Virus record (IMG/VR): IMGVR_UViG_3300014656_000112
Span: 1 to 26,501 of that record
Source of the DNA: a virus
Taxonomy: Duplodnaviria; Caudoviricetes
Length of the DNA: 26,501 nt
Strand: one strand, 5' to 3'
Below the pieces are notes generated by a model. It did not search any database, was not told the origin of the DNA, and worked only from the letters and a program-made list of their open reading frames with translations. Positions 17,353 through 24,011 of this stretch are shown one piece after another. The position numbers and the translations under genes were made by a program. Numbering within the stretch: the stretch's first letter is position 1; the number at the start of each line of letters is the position of its first letter.

Positions 17353-17826
17353 ATGTCAAGAAGAAATTATAAACACGGTGACCATAAAGTAATATGCGAT
17401 ATATGCGGCTTTGTATATTATCGCAGTGAATGCCTCAAAAATTGGAAAGGGCAAATAGTTTGCAAAAAGGATTTCGAAAATCGTCACCCGCAGGATTTTG
17501 TCAAGGCCAGGGCCGATAAGCAGAGCGTCCGGGATCCCCGGCCCGACACACAAACCATGCTTGGCACAACCGCGATAAAAGTGGCCGCGTCCAAAGACGA
17601 CCTCACAATCGATGTCAATTCGATCAGCGGCCTGGCGGATGATGACAGTATCGGGATCACCCTTGACGACGGCACGCTCCAGTGGACCACGGTCAACGGC
17701 ACGCCTGCCGGAGATACGGTCACGTTGGCCGAAGCCCTGCCAGACGACGCAGCGATCGGGAATGTGGTGTATGTGCCGGGGGATGACTTTTTAACGGCCA
17801 ATGAGGTGAGCGCGGCCGATCTATGA
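17353..17826 (+). CDS. Cys-rich small phage protein with added beta-domain
   Basis: ICDICGF...W.G.IVC..DFE.RHPQDF N-terminus; C-terminal domain duplicated in 18165..19100. Confidence 0.8.
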   Translation: MSRRNYKHGDHKVICDICGFVYYRSECLKNWKGQIVCKKDFENRHPQDFVKARADKQSVRDPRPDTQTMLGTTAIKVAASKDDLTIDVNSISGLADDDSIGITLDDGTLQWTTVNGTPAGDTVTLAEALPDDAAIGNVVYVPGDDFLTANEVSAADL

Positions 17827-17852
17827 TCGGCAGATTACGGATTGGAGGGATT

Positions 17853-18146
17853 GTGGAAATACCGGAGAAAATAAAGCTTGGCGGGCATGAGATTCAAATT
17901 CGATTTGAAACTACAAAGACTGTTGGAGGTGCCGGCGAATATAATCATTATCATCAATTGATCCGGCTGAGAAAAGAGCCCGATACGCCGGAAGACGCGG
18001 AGGCTGAAGCTTTTTTGCATGAAATTTTTGAAGCAATCAAACTGTTTAACAACATAGAACTGCCTCACGTAAGCCTCACGGTATTGTCTGAGGCATTGTT
18101 CCAGGTAATACGAGACAACGATCTTGATTTTAGAAAACCGGTATAA
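17853..18146 (+). CDS. zincin-like small protein with HExxE motif (start moved to GTG 17853)
   Basis: IPEKIKLGGHEIQI...GEY...IRL...FLHEIFEAI...LFQVIRDN; GGAGG SD; AT-rich. Confidence 0.7.
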   Translation: MEIPEKIKLGGHEIQIRFETTKTVGGAGEYNHYHQLIRLRKEPDTPEDAEAEAFLHEIFEAIKLFNNIELPHVSLTVLSEALFQVIRDNDLDFRKPV

Positions 18147-18164
18147 AACCACCCAGGAGAACCT

Positions 18165-19100
18165 ATGGCAACATCAGGATCATACGATTTCAGCGTTAAC
18201 TGCCAGGAGATTATCAAAGGGGCGCTGCGCCTGATCGGCGCTATCGCCACGGGAGAGACGCCTTCGGCGGCCGAGTTGTCGGACGGCAAAGAAGCCCTCA
18301 ACATGATGATCAAGGCGTGGCAGGCCGAGGGAATCGGGCTCTGGCTGAACCGGGAAGCGACTCTTTTCCTGGAATACGCGGAGCGGTCCTATAACCTGGG
18401 TCCGACCGGCGATCATTGTTCGGTTGCAGTGGTAAAGACCGAGATGAAAGTGGCTGCTGCCTCCGGCGCCGGCACGATTGATGTTGATTCGATCACCGGG
18501 ATCTCCGACGGCGATTATGTCGGCATCGAGCTTGACGACGGCACGCTCCAGTGGACTACGGTCAACGGCGCGCCGGCCGGAGATACCGTCACGTTGACGG
18601 CCGGCCTGACCGATGACGCGGCAGTGGACAATCATGTGTACACGTACACGAGCAAGATCCCGCGGCCGATCGAGGTGATCGAGGCAAGGCGCGTGTACGC
18701 GGATGACACCGAGGTCCCGCTTCAGGATGTAAGCCGGGCCGAATATATGGCCCTGAGCAACAAAACAAGCGCAGGCCCGCCGATCCAGGTCTATTACGAC
18801 CCCCAGCTCACAAACGGTGTTTTGTACGTCTGGCAGGCGTGCGATGATGTGCAGGAGCGAATCCGGATGACGGTCAAGCTGCCGGTCGAGGATTTTGACG
18901 CAAATACGGATGACGCGGATTTTCCTCCGGAATGGCTCAGAGCGCTTAAGTTTAACCTTGCCGTGGAGATAGCGCCGGAGTACGGCAAGGAGCCGAGCAA
19001 TACGGTGATAGTAAAGGCCGCAGAGACAAAGGACGCAGTGAGCGGATTTGACCGGGAACAGACGTCTGTTTTTTTTCTGCCCGACCTTGGGCGTGGATGA
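18165..19100 (+). CDS. head-tail adaptor (P22 gp4-like) with inserted beta-domain
   Basis: EIIKGALRLIGA...GET...DGKEALNMMIKAW; FPPEWLRALKFNLAVEIAPEYG; precedes the gp10-like gene. Confidence 0.8.
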   Translation: MATSGSYDFSVNCQEIIKGALRLIGAIATGETPSAAELSDGKEALNMMIKAWQAEGIGLWLNREATLFLEYAERSYNLGPTGDHCSVAVVKTEMKVAAASGAGTIDVDSITGISDGDYVGIELDDGTLQWTTVNGAPAGDTVTLTAGLTDDAAVDNHVYTYTSKIPRPIEVIEARRVYADDTEVPLQDVSRAEYMALSNKTSAGPPIQVYYDPQLTNGVLYVWQACDDVQERIRMTVKLPVEDFDANTDDADFPPEWLRALKFNLAVEIAPEYGKEPSNTVIVKAAETKDAVSGFDREQTSVFFLPDLGRG

Positions 19101-19108
19101 TGTGAACT

Positions 19109-20716
19109 ATGCCGAGAGTACGGATACCAATAATAGGCGGCCACAACAAAGACCGCAGCTTGAACATCAACGCGCAGGAGACCGTAAATTTTTATCCGGT
19201 CCTTGGCGGCTCCGGAAGTAAAACAGTGCTTGCCCTGATGGGCACGGCCGGGTTGAAGGATTTTGCGGATCTGGCTGCGAGCATTGAAGTCCGGAACACG
19301 CTGGTCCTTGGCTCGACAATGTATGTTATTGCCGGGGACACATTTTACAGCGTCAATACCGCCGGCGCGGTCACCACGATCACGGCGGGTGTTTTGTCCA
19401 CGACCACCGGCTCTGTTTACATGGCGCATGACGGCGCCAACATCATGGTCGTAGATCCGGGAGTGGACGGGTACACCTACAATGGCGCCGGCAACCTTAC
19501 GGTTATCGCGGACGCGGACTTTCCCACGCCGTCTTCTCTGACCTGGCAGGACGGTTATTTTATAGTCAGTGAAGAGAGCTCCGGTAAATTTTTTATTTCC
19601 GGGCTGTACGACCCGACCGCATGGGACGCGCTCGATTATGCCACGGCAGAGGCGGATCCCGATAATCTCAAGCGGATCTTTATGGATAATCTGAACCTCT
19701 GGCAGTTCGGGGGGAAAACAACCGAGGTCGGGTACAACTCCGGGGCCGCGGACTTTCCGTTTTCACGATACGGCAACCTGCTTCTCAACCACGGGACGGC
19801 GGCCCCGGATTCCGTGGCATCCGGCGATAACGGCCTGTTTTGGCTGACCGAAAAAAGACAGGTGGTCCGGGCGGACGGTTTCAGCCCTGTGATTGTTTCA
19901 ACGCGACAGCTCGAGCACGCCATGGCCGGATACAGCTCCGTGTCGGACGCAAAGGGCTGGTGTTATACCCTGGAAGGCCATACTTTTTATCATATTGTTT
20001 TCCCGGCGGCAAATGCCTCCTGGGAATATAATGTCGAAACAAAACTCTGGCATCAAAGACGAAGCTATCCGGTATACGCCGACGGTTCGGAGCGCAGGCA
20101 CCGGGCCAACTGCTATGCCTGGTTTAACGGCAAGCATATGGTCGGCGATTATCAGAACGGCAAGATCTATGAGTGGGACATGGACACCTACACGGACAAC
20201 AGCGAGGTAATCCGCAGATACCGGGTAACCCAGGCAACGCACGCGGACGGGAAAAATATATTTTTTCATAGATTCGACCTCGAAATGGAAGCAGGCACAG
20301 GGTTGATTTCCGGCGGAACCGCCTGGGCAGGCGCGACAAATTACGCGCTCGGTGACAGGGTTGTCCCCACGGTTGCCAACGGGTGCGTGTATGAGGTTAC
20401 AACGGACGGAGGATCGTCCGGGGCCTCGGAACCCGCCTGGCCGATAACCGCCGGGGATACGGTCACGGACGGCGACCTGACGTGGACGTGCCAGGGGGCC
20501 ATCCCCCAGGCCGTTCTGTCCTGGTCTGACGACGGCGGGCATACATACGGCAACGAACACTGGGGCGGTTTCGGGGCTCTCGGACAATACAGTGTGAGGA
20601 CATTTTTTAACAGGCTCGGCAGATCAAGAGACAGGCGATTTAAGATAAGTGTCACCGGTTTGGCAAAGTCGGTGATATTGGGGGCTTTTATGGATTTGGA
20701 GATCGGGAGCAGTTGA
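19109..20716 (+). CDS. tail hub / packaged-DNA stabilization protein (P22 gp10-like)
   Basis: WQDGYFI, ATAEADPDNL, FGGKTTEV, YTLEGHTFY, MVGDYQNGKIY, LSWSDDGGHTYGNE, FNRLGRSRDRRFKI. Confidence 0.9.
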   Translation: MPRVRIPIIGGHNKDRSLNINAQETVNFYPVLGGSGSKTVLALMGTAGLKDFADLAASIEVRNTLVLGSTMYVIAGDTFYSVNTAGAVTTITAGVLSTTTGSVYMAHDGANIMVVDPGVDGYTYNGAGNLTVIADADFPTPSSLTWQDGYFIVSEESSGKFFISGLYDPTAWDALDYATAEADPDNLKRIFMDNLNLWQFGGKTTEVGYNSGAADFPFSRYGNLLLNHGTAAPDSVASGDNGLFWLTEKRQVVRADGFSPVIVSTRQLEHAMAGYSSVSDAKGWCYTLEGHTFYHIVFPAANASWEYNVETKLWHQRRSYPVYADGSERRHRANCYAWFNGKHMVGDYQNGKIYEWDMDTYTDNSEVIRRYRVTQATHADGKNIFFHRFDLEMEAGTGLISGGTAWAGATNYALGDRVVPTVANGCVYEVTTDGGSSGASEPAWPITAGDTVTDGDLTWTCQGAIPQAVLSWSDDGGHTYGNEHWGGFGALGQYSVRTFFNRLGRSRDRRFKISVTGLAKSVILGAFMDLEIGSS

Positions 20717-20735
20717 GCCACGCCTGCGGCGTGGC
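20716..20735. repeat. REP-like palindrome AGCCACGCCTGCGGCGTGGC, copy 1
   Basis: 8-bp stem with 3-nt loop; identical 20-mer at 22328; directly after a stop codon. Confidence 0.7.
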
Positions 20736-20765
20736 CTGCGGCGCGGCGTGACGGGACAGTAGAGT

Positions 20766-21740
20766 ATGGATAGATTAATTTGCAATCCAAAATTTCAGGC
20801 GTTTGATTCAAACGGACTCTTTCTTTCCGGCGGAAAGGTTTATACTTATGAATCGGGAACAACGACCCCGCTTGCCACATACAGCGACCGGGAACTAACC
20901 ACGGCCAACTCCAATCCTATTGTTTTAGACAGCCGCGGAGAATGTCAGATTTTTTGTAATGAGCTTCTCAAGCTTGTTCTTAAAGATTCTGACGATATCC
21001 CGATCTGGACGTTTGACAATATCCGGCCGACCGATTTGTCACTTTTGCGGGACAATGACAACGACACCAAGGTCCAGGTGGAAGAAAGCGCGGATGAAGA
21101 CAAGATCCGGTTTGATACGGGCGGGGTTGAACGGGCCGTATTAGATTCTTCGGGGTTTGATATTGTTAGTGGCGGCTTGGGGATCTCCGGGACGTTTCTT
21201 ACTGCTACATTTGCTGAAATTAACAAAGCCTGCGATCTTACGGTAAACGGGTTTTTTGCAACCGGCAATGTCAACAAAATGTTGTTTTACCTTGATACTG
21301 CTCCCACAGGATGGTCAATTGATACGTCTTTAGATGACAAGCTGGTATTTGTTACCAAAGGTTCAGGGGCAGCGGGTGAAACCGGTGGCGGGGCACATTC
21401 AAGCGGAAGCTGGACAATAAGTGGGATTACGGTTGATAGTCATACGCATTCTATGCAGGCACATACACATACTATAGCCCACACACATGTAGTAACTATT
21501 CCTTTCAATGGATGGTCACGTGGAGCATCTGTGACACTGGGAGAAATGCTGATAGAAAACGGCTCTGCTAATCAAGGACACGGTAATGCTAATAGGAATA
21601 TAACTTCTGATGGATCAAGTGCAGCAAATTCGGGCGGCCCCAGCGTGGCGGATACCGGCACAGCGTCAGCCAATGGTATAACTTCAGATGCTACATGGAG
21701 ACCGGCAGCATATTGCTGTATCGTGGCGTCTTTGGATTAA
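20766..21740 (+). CDS. tail fibre/spike protein
   Basis: N-terminal virion-attachment domain (FQAFDSNG..LSGGKVYTYESGTTTP..NPIVLDSRG); C-terminal HxH repeats (HTHSMQAHTHTIAHTH) typical of metal-binding fibre tips. Confidence 0.85.
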   Translation: MDRLICNPKFQAFDSNGLFLSGGKVYTYESGTTTPLATYSDRELTTANSNPIVLDSRGECQIFCNELLKLVLKDSDDIPIWTFDNIRPTDLSLLRDNDNDTKVQVEESADEDKIRFDTGGVERAVLDSSGFDIVSGGLGISGTFLTATFAEINKACDLTVNGFFATGNVNKMLFYLDTAPTGWSIDTSLDDKLVFVTKGSGAAGETGGGAHSSGSWTISGITVDSHTHSMQAHTHTIAHTHVVTIPFNGWSRGASVTLGEMLIENGSANQGHGNANRNITSDGSSAANSGGPSVADTGTASANGITSDATWRPAAYCCIVASLD

Positions 21741-21745
21741 GGAGA

Positions 21746-22099
21746 ATGTTCAAGAAAAAGAAAAAATGCTTTCATGAAAATTGTGAGGATTGTCCTTTAT
21801 GGACGACCCTGACATGGCAGGAAGAAGCAACGGGCAAGAAAAAAGATGAATCCTTATGCGCAATCATAGGAATATATCAGCAGCTTGCGCGTCTTGAGAA
21901 CCGTCTCATAGGCACACAAAAGGCAAGCGAGCAGTCAAGAAACAACAGCGCAAAGGTGCAAGCTATGCAAGAGGCATTAAATAATACATTGTTAACAGCT
22001 TTGACCAACGCACTTAATGTAATCACCGGAGAGCTTAAACAGCATATCGATAGAGAGATTGAGGACATTAAAAAGCTTATAGCACTACCGGAAAAATAA
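21746..22099 (+). CDS. hypothetical Cys-cluster plus coiled-coil protein (start moved to 21746)
   Basis: AAGGAG SD; KCFHENCEDCPLW...LC; long helix; AT-rich like the fibre tip. Confidence 0.65.
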   Translation: MFKKKKKCFHENCEDCPLWTTLTWQEEATGKKKDESLCAIIGIYQQLARLENRLIGTQKASEQSRNNSAKVQAMQEALNNTLLTALTNALNVITGELKQHIDREIEDIKKLIALPEK

Positions 22100-22101
22100 C
22101 T

Positions 22102-22329
22102 ATGGCAAAGAAAAAATCGCCGCCTCCCAGGCAAGCCCCGCTTTTTATCAGAAACACATTGCATCCGGTGTGGGCCAATTTTTTTGAGCAGTTTTTGCCG
22201 ATGGCCGAGACCCAAACCGATGCGAGCGCGGCGGCCGGCGATCCGCCGACCAAGGCGGAGTTTGATGCGCTGGTCGGGAAGTTTAATGATCTGATTGATA
22301 AGCTGCAGGCGGCTAATTTGATGGAGTAG
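22102..22329 (+). CDS. short tail-needle-like protein
   Basis: PPPRQAPLF..HPVWANFF N-terminus at the gp26 position; C-terminus PTKAEFDALVGKFNDLIDKLQAANLM resembles fibre trimerisation ends. Confidence 0.6.
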   Translation: MAKKKSPPPRQAPLFIRNTLHPVWANFFEQFLPMAETQTDASAAAGDPPTKAEFDALVGKFNDLIDKLQAANLME

Positions 22330-22347
22330 CCACGCCTGCGGCGTGGC
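22328..22347. repeat. REP-like palindrome, copy 2
   Basis: Identical to 20716-20735. Confidence 0.7.
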
Positions 22348-22361
22348 AAGGGGGTTGAATT

Positions 22362-23021
22362 ATGAGCTTAGTAGGATCGTACATAAGCAGTAGCGGCGCA
22401 AGAAAAGCGGAAAAAGCCCAGGCTAAGGCCGCGGTTGAGGCTGCGCGTCTTGAGCTGCAAGGAGTGCGAGAAGGGATCGCGTACCAGACAGAGGCCGAAG
22501 CGCGTGCCCGCGAGGACATTGCGCCGTGGCGCCAAAAAGGGGTCATGGCCTTAGATGAGCTTTACGGTCTTATGGAGGCCGGGCCGGGCGAGTTTGAGAC
22601 AAGCCCGGGATATGAGTTCCGTCAGGCCGAAGGGCTGAAGGCTATCGAGCGGAGCGCGGCAGCGCGAGGCGGAGCGCTCAGCGGTGGAGGGCTGAAGGCG
22701 ATAACCCGCTTCGGCCAGGACTATGCCACAAGCGATTATGATAATTTTTTGCGCCGGTATTACGACAAACTAAACCCGTGGCAATCGCTGGCCGACATAG
22801 GCCGGACGGCCGCGGGCACGTCCGCGGACATAACCACGCAAACCGGCCGGGATATAAGCTCCGCATTAATAGCCGGCGGCCAGGTGGCCGGTGAAGGCGT
22901 TCGCGGCGAGGCGTTCGCCAAGGCGAGCGGGTATATCAACCAGGCCAACATCTGGTCCAGCACGGAGAAAGAGGTGGTAGGATCAGTGGCCTATTTATAT
23001 GGCGCCGGAGCATTCGGCTAA
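22362..23021 (+). CDS. DNA ejection/transfer protein (P22 gp7-like)
   Basis: Ala/Gly-rich; PGYEFRQAEGLKAIERSAAARGGALSGGGLKAITRFGQDYA motif. Confidence 0.85.
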   Translation: MSLVGSYISSSGARKAEKAQAKAAVEAARLELQGVREGIAYQTEAEARAREDIAPWRQKGVMALDELYGLMEAGPGEFETSPGYEFRQAEGLKAIERSAAARGGALSGGGLKAITRFGQDYATSDYDNFLRRYYDKLNPWQSLADIGRTAAGTSADITTQTGRDISSALIAGGQVAGEGVRGEAFAKASGYINQANIWSSTEKEVVGSVAYLYGAGAFG

Positions 23022-23033
23022 TCAGGAGGACTC

Positions 23034-23918
23034 ATGCAAACATTGCCACAGATCAACATACCGTCCGGGAACGTCATCGGGATGTATGACGCCGGCCGGC
23101 GAGCGCGGCTTGCGAATATCGAGGCAGAAAGATCCGCCCGGGCTGAAACGCAGGCTCAGGGGCTTTATGATATCGCTCTGAAAGGCGAAGAGAGAACGGC
23201 CGAAAAGCATAAAGCAGGCATGGCCAAGGCGCAGTCCGAGCGCGTCGTAAAGGGTATGCAGCGCGGCTTGAAGCTGTTTAAGGACGTAAAAACCCCTGAA
23301 GAATATCAGCGGGCAAAAAGGGTGTATGAACAAACCGACCCGGAATTAGCCAAGGGAATGCCCGCGGATTATGATCCTGAAGCTTTGAGCCAGCGGCTTG
23401 AGTGGGGCCGGGTGTTTACGGACCTGAATGATAAAACCTCGCCTACTGGGAAGCTGCTGTCGGAGCGCGACGCGCTGGCCGCGGACGATCCGGCCCGGGA
23501 AGTGTACGACCGGATGATAGCAAAAGGGATATCGCATGGAGATATTAATTACGTGCCCGACCAAAAAGGCGGGTATGTGCGGGAAGCGGTGGAGAAGAAA
23601 GGTCCTAAAGCGGCAGATTCCAATACTATTGCCCGGCAGATAGGGCAATTATTCGGGGGTTTTTACGATCCGATTTCAGGGGTGTTTAAAGGCCTGAACA
23701 GAGAAGCCGGTCAACAGGCCCAGGCGGTGCAGTCGCGCGCGGAACGGATTTTTATCGACGGCAAAGGAACGGTTACTCATGCCGAGGCCGTAACACAATC
23801 CGCCACGGAATTTGGTGTAAAGATCCCCGGTCAGTCCCGCGCCGAGGGTGTCACTGCCGGCGCCGGGATTACGCATGAGTTTGTGCCGGGCAAGGGATTG
23901 GTGGAGGTCCCGCGGTAG
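23034..23918 (+). CDS. probable second ejection protein (gp20 position)
   Basis: Helical; AGGAGG SD; lies between the gp7-like gene and the large polyvalent gene. The call rests on gene order. Confidence 0.6.
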   Translation: MQTLPQINIPSGNVIGMYDAGRRARLANIEAERSARAETQAQGLYDIALKGEERTAEKHKAGMAKAQSERVVKGMQRGLKLFKDVKTPEEYQRAKRVYEQTDPELAKGMPADYDPEALSQRLEWGRVFTDLNDKTSPTGKLLSERDALAADDPAREVYDRMIAKGISHGDINYVPDQKGGYVREAVEKKGPKAADSNTIARQIGQLFGGFYDPISGVFKGLNREAGQQAQAVQSRAERIFIDGKGTVTHAEAVTQSATEFGVKIPGQSRAEGVTAGAGITHEFVPGKGLVEVPR

Positions 23919-23927
23919 GGGGATTAT

Positions 23928-24005
23928 CGTAGGGGCACCCCCCTGTGGTTGCCCAATTATTTGCGCCATACATTGATAGGGCAACCACAGGGGGTTGCCC
24001 CTACG
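23928..24005. mobile_element. GTAG-family REP doublet (REPIN)
   Basis: GTAGGGGCACCCCCCTGTGGTTGCCC (23929-23954), 24-nt spacer, inverted GGGCAACCACAGGGGGTTGCCCCTAC (23979-24004). Confidence 0.85.
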
Positions 24006-24011
24006 AAAACA

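Noticed and set aside
16257-18512. 18-nt match ACCGGGATCTCCGACGGC in two genes (16257 and 18495)
   Set aside because: It encodes the same short peptide TGISDG and has no extended homology; significance cannot be supported.
17662-18596. Diversity-generating retroelement TR/VR pair
   Set aside because: The mismatches (C/T, A/G, T/G, G/C) are not adenine-specific, both copies are coding, and there is no reverse transcriptase in the window.
20766-22099. Invertible tail-fibre cassette served by the recombinase
   Set aside because: No inverted alternative fibre end or flanking hix/gix-like sites were seen, and the recombinase is about 18 kb away.
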